Assembly: GCA_964016885.1 (NCBI GenBank)
Contig: OZ024740.1
Location: forward strand, 96,720,001-96,784,000
From: Eledone cirrhosa
Lineage: Eukaryota
Direction of reading: 5' to 3'
Length of the DNA stretch: 64,000 nt
In this document: piece after piece, positions 41,440 through 55,058 of the stretch
How positions within the stretch are numbered: the stretch's first letter is position 1
Layout of the letters: every line of letters begins with the position of its first letter
The notes under the pieces: generated by a model
The model's database searches: none
What the model was told of the DNA's origin: nothing
Seen by the model: only the letters and a program-made list of their open reading frames with translations
Made by a program: the position numbers and the translations under genes

Positions 41440-41649
41440 TTTTAAATAAACATGTTTTAACGGTCTATTCTCCGATTTTTCACTTTCCCACGTGCTTACG
41501 CTCTGCTAACTCTCTAGCCCACTAAATATTAACACTTCGAATATTTAATACTGCCGGCACTAGTATCGAGCACCTTTGGCATACGCTACTTGGCAAATAA
41601 CTATATGTATCACCTGTCCCTCCTTTTTCTCTCTTTGTCGATACGTAAA

Positions 41650-41815
<166 letters not shown>

Positions 41816-43739
41816 CCCGGAATAACGTATATATATATATAAAATAAATATGCATATCTATATACATATAGTGTGTTAAAGGTTTTAAGGTTAAGTGGCC
41901 GTAGATGTAGATCACTGTCTATGTGTTATTATAAATTGTTTATGCATGTGTGTGTGTCTGAATGTTTCAGTATATTTATTAAAGTATGTTTGTATGTGCT
42001 TATCACTTATGTATCAATGATTTAATGGAGTAGCTGTCTTCCGTGAGTAATAACTTTTCATAATACTTCGTATTAAGAGTGAACATCAACGTTGTTATGT
42101 TCCGTGAGGGAGAATGACAGTTTGTTCAACTGTCTTAGCTTAACCATTATCTATACCGACTAAAATGTATCAGTTTAAAAAATATACTATATTAATATAT
42201 TTCATTTTCACTCACTGAAGTTGCCAGATGTATCTATATGTATTACTCCAGATATTTGGGTGCTTATTTTACGTAAATGTTGAAGCGGGGGAGGGTCGCC
42301 GACATGTTGACAGCGAATGCAAATCTACTCCCATTTTTTCATCGGCTGTTTTCTCACATTTCCCGGCTCATACACGAGTATAAAAAGTATGTTTCCAATG
42401 CTCGTAACACTAGTGATGTCCTGGCCGAATCATTTCCGGTTTTTTTCTCTATGAGATTCCTGTAGGATTTGAAAGCAAAACCGTTCCGAGCTGGAACAGG
42501 AAAATTAACGCTTTAACTATTTAGCAAATCCAATTTGTCTGAAATTTTATTTTAATTTATAGACCTCGGAATGATGATCAGCAAAGTTGTTCACGGCGTG
42601 ATTTGAACTTAGATTGCAGACAGCCGGAAACATATTTTTACATAAAGTGACACATATAGGAAAATGTTCATCAGATTATTACTGTGTAATGAAGCATACA
42701 GACATACGTAAACGTATGTTTGTACGTGTTTATAATGTCGATATCGATTGAACGGTGTTGATTGTGTATTGATACGAACTGGAATCCACCTCATGGATAG
42801 TGTGCAGCTCGTTTCTTACACAAACTATAATCTAATAATGATGTATATAAGATCGCCATATATGGCAGTAATATATGGCAGTAAGTCTACGATTTTATTT
42901 AACCTCAACCGATCTGATGAAGAATTGTTATGATCAAGAATATTGAACACGCAACAATCCCGAATATGTAACCTTTTGGCAATAAGGTACTTGGACTAAA
43001 TGATTTTTTATTGTGTGATTCAAATTGTTTGATTGATATATTACTGCAATATTTGTCAGGCTCAGTTATCAAGTAGCGTCTTCAATTTGCTATGAATTAG
43101 TGCATGTTTTATGTGAAAATGTAATCTATATAGTATGTTTTCAAGCTGTACTTGATCTATGTTGAATGAAAGAACAAATCTGTGAAAATGTGAATCCTTT
43201 ATAAAGTATCAGCAGCTACTACAATTTGTAGCTGTTTGTTGTGTGAGAACCATATCAATATTCCGTATGTGATTCACACAATTGTCCATCTTATATTTAT
43301 AGATTCCTGCTACTTATTAATTTTTGAAATGATTCTTTTGAGAGTTTACGAAATACCATGAAAGATTATCTGCACTAGTTATATTATCAAAGAATATACT
43401 GTATCTAGCTGTATTGTTAGCAACAAATTTCTGCTTTGTAATAATTACGTCAATAGAAGGAATTCTTAAAATGTACTAATTTACATTTTGCTCAAATGTA
43501 GAATAATTGATTTCTAAGGATGGAGTGGATTTTATTAAATGGTTATAGATTTTCTCTTAAAATACGTGGTGTCCATAAAAGGCTTTTTACAATTTAGCAA
43601 ATGTATTACAAAAGAAAATGAACTGACAAATATGTGGATATTATTACAAAATGATGAGTTGATATTGAAGTTCTTTGTAATTGATATCATACACTTCTAT
43701 ATGAGCACCTATATTTGCACGAAGCACATCATGTAGGTA

Positions 43740-44280
43740 CTCGATTTCTTCCCTTCAACTCTGTCCACCATGCTTTCATTTTTTTCTTTCTCTCCCTTCT
43801 CTCGAAGGGCTCCCTATCTTTTCCCCATCTCTCTCCCTCTGTTATCTTCTTCCTTCCTTCTGTCTTTCTTCTACAGGCCAGCTCCACTTACGCCAATATT
43901 CTTCCTTTCTCACGACGACATGATGTCGATCAGAAGCACTTCATCTTTCTCTCTTTCTCTAACCTGTACAAACTCAAACACTATATGAACGGAGATATTT
44001 ATTTCTCCGTTACGCACCTCCTATTCTCCGCAGTAATCTCATTAATTCGTCAGAACTGCAAGAGGTTGTGACCTCTTCGCTTTCAGCCATTATTTTCCTT
44101 CGTTCATATCTTCTCTTACTTCGAGTCAACTCACATCTAGCTGCTGATCTTTGCCCTTCGAGGTAATATTTTACCCATCGCCACTTCGACGATACGTGGC
44201 TGTATTAACAGCTTCCATTCGCTGAGTTTTCCTATTTTCCTGAGAATCCTAATAAACTCGCATCTCAAAAGTCTATTTTT
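43740..44280 (-). mobile_element. Highly decayed LINE 3' fragment
   Basis: Minus strand contains atgagattactgcggagaatagga (MRLLRRIG, cf. EMRMLRRI.G of RTE RT C-termini) and a purine-rich tail. Confidence 0.4.
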
Positions 44281-44291
44281 GAGTTAATTTG

Positions 44292-44327
<36 letters not shown>

Positions 44328-44528
44328 TGAAACAAAATGAAAACGAAATTTCATTTCTCACTCTTAGTATGGCACTTACTTAAATGTAAGTATGCATGTA
44401 TACGTACATACATATATGTATACAGACGTACAGTAGCATGCACATATATATATATATATACATATATACATACATATATGTTTCAATTTATCGTTTTCGG
44501 TATGCCTGACCGATTTAACTCACTCAAT

Positions 44529-44536
44529 ATGCAAAT
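44529..44536 (+). promoter_or_regulatory. Octamer motif ATGCAAAT (one per family A unit)
   Basis: Exact motif in every unit of both arrays and conserved in the diverged copy (18648-18655). Function is inferred only. Confidence 0.45.
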
Positions 44537-44609
44537 TAGGCTGCTCAGCCGTTAATTTTCATAAGGAAAGTATATACTTTCGAACGTTCAACTATCTGGC
44601 AGATGGGTA

Positions 44610-44654
44610 AACGGTGCTGATGATAGCTAACAAGCTTGAAACTAGTACATCGTT
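44610..44654 (+). ncRNA. Minimal type I hammerhead ribozyme (family A); repeats at 45076, 45542, 46008, 46474, 46940
   Basis: aacggtg-CUGAUGA-t agc taacaa gct t-GAAAC-ta-GUA-catcgtt. Stem I is 7 bp, the core is intact, and stem III is the palindrome ACUAGU. Predicted cleavage after 44647. Confidence 0.88.
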
Positions 44655-47223
44655 CCTGTGTCAGTGTTGAACAAAAAGGTGACGTGGTTGCCTTAACACC
44701 GTATGGCATAAATTCAGGCTGTTCAGTTTGTTTACAAACGAACAAAGCGACGTTAGCGCCGCTAAACTGATACGTGCATATATGTATGTGTACCTGTATG
44801 CATATGTATGTATATATGTATATATATATATATATGTGCATGCTACTGTACGTCTGTATACATATATGTATGTACGTATACATGCATACTTACATTTAAG
44901 TAAGTGCCATACTAAGAGTGAGAAATGAAATTTCGTTTTCATTTTGTTTCAATTTATCGTTTTCGGTATGCCTGACCGATTTAACTCACTCAATATGCAA
45001 ATTAGGCTGCTCAGCCGTTAATTTTCATAAGGAAAGTATATACTTTCGAACGTTCAACTATCTGGCAGATGGGTAAACGGTGCTGATGATAGCTAACAAG
45101 CTTGAAACTAGTACATCGTTCCTGTGTCAGTGTTGAACAAAAAGGTGACGTGGTTGCCTTAACACCGTATGGCATAAATTCAGGCTGTTCAGTTTGTTTA
45201 CAAACGAACAAAGCGACGTTAGCGCCGCTAAACTGATACGTGCATATATGTATGTGTACCTGTATGCATATGTATGTATATATGTATATATATATATATA
45301 TGTGCATGCTACTGTACGTCTGTATACATATATGTATGTACGTATACATGCATACTTACATTTAAGTAAGTGCCATACTAAGAGTGAGAAATGAAATTTC
45401 GTTTTCATTTTGTTTCAATTTATCGTTTTCGGTATGCCTGACCGATTTAACTCACTCAATATGCAAATTAGGCTGCTCAGCCGTTAATTTTCATAAGGAA
45501 AGTATATACTTTCGAACGTTCAACTATCTGGCAGATGGGTAAACGGTGCTGATGATAGCTAACAAGCTTGAAACTAGTACATCGTTCCTGTGTCAGTGTT
45601 GAACAAAAAGGTGACGTGGTTGCCTTAACACCGTATGGCATAAATTCAGGCTGTTCAGTTTGTTTACAAACGAACAAAGCGACGTTAGCGCCGCTAAACT
45701 GATACGTGCATATATGTATGTGTACCTGTATGCATATGTATGTATATATGTATATATATATATATATGTGCATGCTACTGTACGTCTGTATACATATATG
45801 TATGTACGTATACATGCATACTTACATTTAAGTAAGTGCCATACTAAGAGTGAGAAATGAAATTTCGTTTTCATTTTGTTTCAATTTATCGTTTTCGGTA
45901 TGCCTGACCGATTTAACTCACTCAATATGCAAATTAGGCTGCTCAGCCGTTAATTTTCATAAGGAAAGTATATACTTTCGAACGTTCAACTATCTGGCAG
46001 ATGGGTAAACGGTGCTGATGATAGCTAACAAGCTTGAAACTAGTACATCGTTCCTGTGTCAGTGTTGAACAAAAAGGTGACGTGGTTGCCTTAACACCGT
46101 ATGGCATAAATTCAGGCTGTTCAGTTTGTTTACAAACGAACAAAGCGACGTTAGCGCCGCTAAACTGATACGTGCATATATGTATGTGTACCTGTATGCA
46201 TATGTATGTATATATGTATATATATATATATATGTGCATGCTACTGTACGTCTGTATACATATATGTATGTACGTATACATGCATACTTACATTTAAGTA
46301 AGTGCCATACTAAGAGTGAGAAATGAAATTTCGTTTTCATTTTGTTTCAATTTATCGTTTTCGGTATGCCTGACCGATTTAACTCACTCAATATGCAAAT
46401 TAGGCTGCTCAGCCGTTAATTTTCATAAGGAAAGTATATACTTTCGAACGTTCAACTATCTGGCAGATGGGTAAACGGTGCTGATGATAGCTAACAAGCT
46501 TGAAACTAGTACATCGTTCCTGTGTCAGTGTTGAACAAAAAGGTGACGTGGTTGCCTTAACACCGTATGGCATAAATTCAGGCTGTTCAGTTTGTTTACA
46601 AACGAACAAAGCGACGTTAGCGCCGCTAAACTGATACGTGCATATATGTATGTGTACCTGTATGCATATGTATGTATATATGTATATATATATATATATG
46701 TGCATGCTACTGTACGTCTGTATACATATATGTATGTACGTATACATGCATACTTACATTTAAGTAAGTGCCATACTAAGAGTGAGAAATGAAATTTCGT
46801 TTTCATTTTGTTTCAATTTATCGTTTTCGGTATGCCTGACCGATTTAACTCACTCAATATGCAAATTAGGCTGCTCAGCCGTTAATTTTCATAAGGAAAG
46901 TATATACTTTCGAACGTTCAACTATCTGGCAGATGGGTAAACGGTGCTGATGATAGCTAACAAGCTTGAAACTAGTACATCGTTCCTGTGTCAGTGTTGA
47001 ACAAAAAGGTGACGTGGTTGCCTTAACACCGTATGGCATAAATTCAGGCTGTTCAGTTTGTTTACAAACGAACAAAGCGACGTTAGCGCCGCTAAACTGA
47101 TACGTGCATATATGTATGTGTACCTGTATGCATATGTATGTATATATGTATATATATATATATATGTGCATGCTACTGTACGTCTGTATACATATATGTA
47201 TGTACGTATACATGCATACTTAC

Positions 47224-47261
<38 letters not shown>

Positions 47262-47952
47262 GGTTACACAACAGTTAGTTCACCATACCGAGAACAATTG
47301 TTTCACCTTAGCGGATCTTCAACTCGGAATGTGCATGGTTATGGGAACAGGAAGGACAACCGTACGAACACGTAAGCGCAGAAGCCCGGTCACTTCACAC
47401 AGGCCATACTAGACTGCGTGCGGGATGTGTAAGGGAGATCACTGCGAAAGTCCGGAAAGTTTTTAGGTTGAAAATAACAATAAAAAAAATAAAAGTAAAA
47501 CTACAAAGAATCAGTCTGGAGCCTTGTAGTTATGCAATAGATGTTTGGTGACATGTGGACAACGTGTGAAAAATTCACCTCTCATGTTTAGGCAATCACT
47601 ATTGCGTAATCTCATTAGGATAGTTATTCGTTCGTCAATACATAAGCCACAAGCCGGCTTATGTATTAACGAACGAATAAATATTCTAAAGAGATTACGT
47701 AATAGTGATTGCCTAAACACGAGAAGTGAATGTTTCACACGTTGTCCACACGTCGCTAAACACCTATTGCATAACTACAAAGCTCCGGACTGATTCTTTG
47801 TAATTTTATTTTCAACCTAAAAACTGTTCGGACTTTCGCAGTTATCTCCCTTACACCTCTCGCACGCAGTCTAGTATTGCCTGTGTGAAATGACTGGGTT
47901 TCTGCGCTTGGGCGTTCATACGGTTGTCCTTCCTGTTCCTATAACAAATGCC

Positions 47953-48000
47953 CATTCCGAGCTGAAGATCCGCTAAGGTGAAACAATTGTTCACGGTATG
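47953..48000 (+). ncRNA. Hammerhead ribozyme in the Penelope pLTR; also at 50485-50532 (+) and 47284-47331 (-)
   Basis: cattccgag-CUGAAGA-tccgctaaggt-GAAAC-aatt-GUU-c(a/t)cggtatg. Palindromic stem III ACAAUUGU. Confidence 0.8.
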
Positions 48001-48249
48001 GTGAACTAACTGTTGTGTAACCACTTCTACCTAACTCGTCCCTTAGACTGAGTGCTCTACCACTACGCATATTACCTTCAAGTGTTCCACCACTATTTAC
48101 GTCTCCAGCACCGGTCAGCGGATTCTCTTCACTACGTAGAAGTTTGGCTTTTAGCAGATTCTTCACCACGTGCGAGTTTGGCTTACTACTCTGAGAGCGC
48201 TCTCTATATCCTCGTGTCCTATACAATTGTGCGTCTCATCAACGTCAGT

Positions 48250-50337
48250 ATGGATTTATACGAACTGGATTACTCCCTGAAGAACATTCCAACCCCCTCC
48301 AACCATGTTTACCAAAAGCTACTCCTACAAAAAGCGGAAGATATCTTCATACGCTTAAGATGGCGAGCCCTGGCTTTCGACGGCAAAATTACAGGCACCA
48401 ACAACATCTTCAGCCTACCCTCCTAAGGTAACTGAACTTGCTCCTTTCGAGACGGACCTTCTAGACTTTGTCGCTAACATTTCCTTTCGCAAACACACTA
48501 ACACCTTTCAAACGAAACTCAGAAACGATATTAAAAATGTACGTCTTCTAATAACACCTTCGTCCTTTCCGACAAAACTAATAATATTTACGAAGTCGAC
48601 AACACCACTTTCCGCCACCTGGCCCATAACGCTAGTACTTCTAAATATAAGAAAGCTAATCCTATGGCCTACCACGACATTAATAGAGAAGCCAAGGAAC
48701 TTGCCCCAGACCTTAAATTAGATAAGAAGCTACAATCGCTAGCTAAGCGGGAGGCGTTCCTCACCCTGAAAGATCACAAGGTTGACTTTACTTCTAACCC
48801 CACATGTAGACTAATAAACCCGGTACGCACAGATATGTAATAAGTCAGTAAGGCCATACTTAGAAACATAGTTAAGACCATTAGGAACAAGTCCAACCTG
48901 CCCCAGTGGGAGAACAGCGAATCCGTAATTAAGTGGTTTAATTGCTTGAAATCCCAAAAAGCGAAGTTCTCACAGTTTGACATTGTCGATTCTTACCCAT
49001 CGATGTCAGAGACCCTGTTAAACACAGCGTTGGACTTCGCTACCACTTATACCACCGTCGATGGTTTAGACAGGGAAATCATCGCCCACTGCTGGAAAAC
49101 CATCCTCTCCAACGACCGAGTAGCCTCGGCAAAGAAGTCTACATCTTCAGACCTGTTTGACATCTCCATGGGATCGTTTGACAGTGCTATTGTATGTGAC
49201 TTGGTTGGGATTTTACTCTTAGACATATTACGTGTTATATTCCCGGACTTCAACACGGGAATATACCGTGACGATGGACTGACTTTATCGAGCCATGAAA
49301 GTGGTCACGACCTCGACCGGTTGAAAAATGACTTAGTTTCTACCTTCCATGAGTTAGGTCTTAGGATAACAGTAGCCACCAACCTCTCTTGCGTAGATTC
49401 CTTAGACATTAATTTAGACCTTCGCACACACACCCACAGACCCTTCCATAAGCTAAACGAGAAATGTAATTACATTCACAAGGCATCATGCCACCCTCCC
49501 ACTGTTTTTAGAAACGTCGTTAAGAATATCAGTACTAGAATCTCAAACGACTCCTCTAATAAGGCTCTCTTTGACAGGGCGGCACCCTACTATAACACGG
49601 CGTTAGCTAACAGCGGCGTCTCACAACCTATCATTTATTCTTCCACTAGCAACAACACCATTAAGAAAAGTAAGCGCAACAATAGACAAAGTATCTGGTT
49701 CTCTCCTCCTTTCTCACTCAACGTTAAAACCAGTGTAGGAAAAAAAATGTCTAGCCCTCTTAGATAGACAGTTCCCCATAGGTCATAAATACCGCTGCAT
49801 CTTTAACCCACACAAAGTTAAACTAAGATACTCCTGCGCTAAGAACATGAAGGCCCACATCACCAGCAGCCCTAGGAGCAATACCCCACTTGCCGTAAGC
49901 CTGAAGCTTGCTCCCTTCAACAGCAATGCAACAGAACAGCTGTAATTTATGAAGCTGTGGTCACTTCCAACCGACCAAACAAACCACATGATGTCAAATC
50001 CTAGGTGGGCATGGCGGAGGGCCAATTCAAGAAACGTTTCCTGAACCACCAGGCTACCTTCAGATACCCGGACAGACGTTTATCCACGAAACTCGCGAGC
50101 CACGTATGGTCCCTCAAGGACTCAAGTATAGACTACTCCATTCAATGGAAAGCCATCACTAAGTCCAAGCCATACGCAAGGGGAAATGCGACGTATGGTT
50201 TATGTATTGACGAACGAATAACTATTCTAAAGAGATTACGCAATAGTGATTGCCTAAACACGAGAAGTGAATTTTTCACACGTTGTCCACACGCCGCCGA
50301 ACAATTAACTACAAGGCTCCGGACTGATTCTTTGTAA
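48250..50337 (+). pseudogene. PLE polyprotein (reverse transcriptase + GIY-YIG endonuclease), disrupted by stops and frameshifts
   Basis: MDLYELDYSLKNIPTPS, RLRWRA, TLKDHK..F...P.CRLINP, QFDIVDSYPS, MGSFDSA..CDLVG, GIYRDDGL, WFSPPFS.NV.T, VGMAEGQFKKRF.NH, LCIDE...LNTRSE...CPH. Confidence 0.95.
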
Positions 50338-50622
50338 TTTTGTTTTCAACCTAAAAACTTTTCGGACGTTCGCAGGTATCTCCCTTACACCTCTCGCACG
50401 CAGTCTAGTATTGCCTGTGTGAAATGACCGGGTTTCTGCGATTGGGCGTCGGTACGGTTGTACTTCTTGTTCGTAAACCATGCCCATTCCGAACTGAAGA
50501 TCCGCTAAGGTGAAACAATTGTTCTCAGTATGGCGAACTAACTGTTGTGTAACCACTTCTAACTAACTCGTCCCTTGGACTGAGTGCTCTACCACTACGG
50601 ATATTACCTTCCAGTGTTCCTC

Positions 50623-50658
<36 letters not shown>

Positions 50659-50661
<3 letters not shown>

Positions 50662-50852
50662 TTGAAAAACATGAAAACGAAATTTCATTTCTCACTCTTA
50701 GTATGGCACTTACTTACACGTGGTTGCCTTAACACCGTATGGCATAAATTCAGGCTGTTCGCTTTGTTGACAAACAAACGAACAAAGCGGTCGGCGTTAT
50801 AATAAACGTAGGCTAATCTGATGCGTGCATATATGTATGTGTACCTGTATGC

Positions 50853-50905
<53 letters not shown>

Positions 50906-51345
50906 TGCTACTATACGTCTGTATACATATATGTATGTACGTATACATACATACTTACATTTAAGTAAGTGCCATACTAAGAGTGAGAAATGAAATTTCG
51001 TTTTTATTTATTTCAACTTATCGTTTTCGGTATGCCTGACCGATTTAACTCACTCAATATGCAAATTAGGCTGCTCAGCCGTTAATTTTCATAAGGAAAG
51101 TATATATTTTCGAACGTCAACTATCTGGCAGATGGGTAAACGGTGCTGATGATAGCTAACAAGCTTGAAACTAGTACATCGTTCCTGTGTCAGTGTTGAA
51201 CAAAAAGGTGACGTGGTTGCCTTAACACCGTATGGCATAAATTCAGGCTGTTCGCTTTGTTGACAAACAAACGAACAAAGCGGCCGGCGTTATAATAAAC
51301 GTAGGCTAAACTGATGCGTGCATATATGTATGTGTACCTGTATGC

Positions 51346-51437
<92 letters not shown>

Positions 51438-53753
51438 GCTACTGTACGTCTGTATACATATATGTATGTACGTATACATACATACTTACATTTAAGTAAG
51501 TGCCATACTAAGAGCGAGAAATGAAATTTCGTTTTCATTTTTTTCAGCTTATCGTTTTCGGTATGCCTGACCGATTTAACTCACTCAATATGCAAATTAG
51601 GCTGCTCAGCCGTTAATTTTCATAAGGAAAGGATATACTTTCGAACGTTCAACTATCTGGCAGATGGGTAAACGGTGCTGATGATAGCTAACAAGCTTGA
51701 AACTAGTACATCGTTCCTGTGTCAGTGTTGAACAAAAAGGTGACGTGGTTGCCTTAACACCGTATGGCATAAATTCAGGCTGTTCGCTTTGTTGACAAAC
51801 AAACGAACAAAGCGGCCGGCGTTATAATAAACGTAGGCTAAACTGATGCGTGCATATATGTATGTGTACCTGTATGCATATGTGTATATATATATATATA
51901 TATGCATGCTACTGTACGTCTGTATACATATATGTATGTACGTATACATACATACTTACATTTAAGTAAGTGCCATACTAAGAGTGAGAAATGAAATTTC
52001 GTTTTCATGTTTTTCAACTTATCGTTTTCGGTATGCCTGACCGATTTAACTCACTCAATATGCAAATTAGGCTGCTCAGCCGTTAATTTTCAAAGGAAAG
52101 TATATACTTTCGAACGTTCAACTATCTGGCAGATGGGTAAACGGTGCTGATGATAGCTAACAAGCTTGAAACTAGTACATCGTTCCTGTGTCAGTGTTGA
52201 ACAAAAAGGTGACGTGGTTGCCTTAACACCGTATGGCATAAATTCAGGCTGTTCGCTTTGTTGACAAACAAACGAACAAAGCGGCCGGCGTTATAATAAA
52301 CGTAGGCTAAACTGATGCGTACATATATGTATGTGTACCTGTATGCATATGTTTATATATATATATATATATGCATGCTACTGTACGTTTGTGTACATAT
52401 ATGTATGTACGTATACATACATACTTACATTTAAGTAAGTGCCATACTAAGAGTGAGAAATGAAATTTCGTTTTCATTTTTTTCAACTTATCGTTTTCGG
52501 TATGCCTGACCGATTTAACTCACTCAATATGCAAATTAGGCTGCTCAGCCGTTAATTTTCAAAGGAAAGTATATACTTTCGAACGTTCAACTATCTGGCA
52601 GATGGGTAAACGGTGCTGATGATAGCTAACAAGCTTGAAACTAGTACATCGTTCCTGTGTCAGTGTTGAACAAAAAGGTGACGTGGTTGCCTTAACACCG
52701 TATGGCATAAATTCAGGCTGTTCGCTTTGTTGACAAACAAACGAACAAAGCGGCCGGCGTTATAATAAACGTAGGCTAAACTGATGCGTGCATATATGTA
52801 TGTGTACCTGTATGCATATGTGTATATATATATATATATATGCATGCTACTGTACGTCTGTATACATATATGTATGTACGTATACATACATACTTACATT
52901 TAAGTAAGTGCCATACTAAGAGTGAGAAATGAAATTTCGTTTTCATGTTTTTCAACTTATCGTTTTCGGTATGCCTGACCGATTTAACTCACTCAATATG
53001 CAAATTAGGCTGCTCAGCCGTTAATTTTCAAAGGAAAGTATATACTTTCGAACGTTCAACTATCTGGCAGATGGGTAAACGGTGCTGATGATAGCTAACA
53101 AGCTTGAAACTAGTACATCGTTCCTGTGTCAGTGTTGAACAAAAAGGTGACGTGTTTGCCTTAACACCGTATGGCATAAATTCAGGCTGTTCGCTTTGTT
53201 GACAAACAAACGAACAAAGCGGCCGGCGTTATAATAAACGTAGGCTAAACTGATGCGTGCATATATGTATGTGTACCTGTATGCATATGTGTATATATAT
53301 ATATATATATGCATGCTACTGTACGTCTGTATACATATATGTATGTACGTATACATACTTACTTACATTTAAGTAAGTGCCATACTAAGAGTGAGAAATG
53401 AAATTTCGTTTTCATTTTTTTCAACTTATCGTTTTCGGTATGCCTGACCGATTTAACTCACTCAATATGCAAATTAGGCTGCTCAGCCGTTAATTTTCAA
53501 AGGAAAGTATATACTTTCGAACGTTCAACTATCTGGCAGATGGGTAAACGGTGCTGATGATAGCTAACAAGCTTGAAACTAGTACATCGTTCCTGTGTCA
53601 GTGTTGAACAAAAAGGTGACGTGGTTGCCTTAACAACGTATGGCATAAATTCAGGCTGTTCGCTTTGTTGACAAACAAACGAACAAAGCGGCCGGCGTTA
53701 TAATAAACGTAGGCTAAACTGATGCGTGCATATATGTATGTGTACCTGTATGC

Positions 53754-53812
<59 letters not shown>

Positions 53813-54330
53813 TGCTACTGTACGTCTGTATACATATATGTATGTACGTATACATACATACTTACATTTAAGTAAGTGCCATACTAAGAGTGAGAAATGA
53901 AATTTCGTTTTCATTTTTTTCATCTTATCGTTTTCGGTATGCCTGACCGATTTAACTCACTCAATATGCAAATTAGGCTGCTCAGCCGTTAATTTTCATA
54001 AGGAAAGTATATACTTTCGAACGTTCAACTATCTGGCAGATGGGTAAACGGTGCTGATGATAGCTAACAAGCTTGAAACTAGTACATCGTTCCTGTGTCA
54101 GTGTTGACCAAAAAGGTGACGTGGTTGCCTTAACACCGTATGGCATAAATTCAGGCTGTTCGCTTTGTCGACAAACAAACGAACAAAGCGGCCGGCGTTA
54201 TAATAAACGTAGGCTAAACTGATGCGTGCATATATGTATGTGTACCTGTATGCATATGTGTATATATATATATATATGCATGCTACTGTACGTCTGTATA
54301 CATATATGTATGTACGTATACATACATACT

Positions 54331-54335
<5 letters not shown>
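50659..54335 (+). mobile_element. Family A retrozyme-like tandem array 2: ~7.5 units of mostly 469 bp preceded by a ~58 bp inverted segment
   Basis: HHR copies at 51139, 51671, 52140, 52609, 53078, 53547, 54047. Spacings are 532, 469, 469, 469, 469, 500, with the variation coming from the internal TA tract. Distinct subfamily segment cgctttgttgacaaacaaacgaacaaagcggccggcg. Confidence 0.93.
51139..51183 (+). ncRNA. Minimal type I hammerhead ribozyme (family A), first of seven in array 2
   Basis: Same sequence as 44610-44654. Confidence 0.88.
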
Positions 54336-54422
<87 letters not shown>

Positions 54423-54506
54423 GGAAAATTTGAACAGGAACAAAACAGAGAGGCAGTACAACGAATGTTTATTAATTTCAAGCTCTTGAGAGTGGGGTGG
54501 TTGTGG

Positions 54507-54547
54507 GGAACGACGTTTCGGGCATAAGCCCTTCTTCGGGTGAAAAG
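54507..54547 (-). ncRNA. Partial hammerhead-like motif in a TA-flanked element (54420-55010)
   Basis: ttttcac-CCGAAGA-a gggc ttat gccc-GAAAC-gtc gtt. Stem I closure is unclear. Confidence 0.4.
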
Positions 54548-55013
54548 TGTGTGGGAAGAGAGTTCAAATGGTGTGTAGGGGAGTGGTGGAGAGACATATA
54601 GAAAAAAGGGAGTGGGAGAAAACGGTGCTAGTGAAAATAAAAATAAAAACATGATCAAAATAAAATTAAAATGCGGTAAAACAGGTGGTGTAAGTGTGTG
54701 GGGTGTGTAGGGCTGGTGGCGGGTGGAGTGGGGAGAGGTAGACGGGGTGTCCGAGCGGGGAAGGCTGAAGGTGGTGTGTGTGTGTAGGTGTACGTGTGTG
54801 TGTGTGTGTGTATGTGAAAGCAAGGGTTGGAGGAAGAACATGTTCAGGAAGAGGTGTGTGTGGGGTGGGGTGTAGGTCGGAGTGTGTGTGGATAGAGGGC
54901 TGGGGGAGAGGAATCCGGAGGCTGAATGTGTAAATATGTGGCGGAACGCACGTGTGTGTGGTATTTAAGCGTGTTGTGGGTGTAGTTGGCGTGTGGGAAA
55001 AACATTTTTTTTT

Positions 55014-55058
<45 letters not shown>

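Larger units (their letters stand above)
44323..47227 (+). mobile_element. Family A retrozyme-like tandem array 1: ~5.9 apparently identical 466 bp units preceded by a ~155 bp inverted segment
   Basis: Exact 466 bp period (track ORFs at 44545, 45011, 45477, 45943, 46409, 46875). One HHR per unit. 44323-44478 is the reverse complement of the unit. (TA)n on both sides. Confidence 0.93.
47261..50627 (+). mobile_element. Near full-length Penelope-like retrotransposon: inverted pLTR + pLTR + ORF + pLTR
   Basis: 47261-47648 is an inverted copy of 47656-48023. Direct repeats at 47656-48095 and 50197-50627. RT and GIY-YIG coding sequence between them. TA tracts at both ends. Confidence 0.96.

Noticed and set aside
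42910-42975. CUGAUGA followed by a hairpin
   Set aside because: GAAA and stems I/III are missing.
44545-47213. Repeated 112/93/66 aa ORFs in each array unit
   Set aside because: They run through microsatellite-like sequence and are not preserved in array 2 or the 18 kb copy, whereas the HHR is.
44480-54335. CRISPR-like array interpretation
   Set aside because: Whole units repeat with no unique spacers, there are no cas genes, and the context is eukaryotic.
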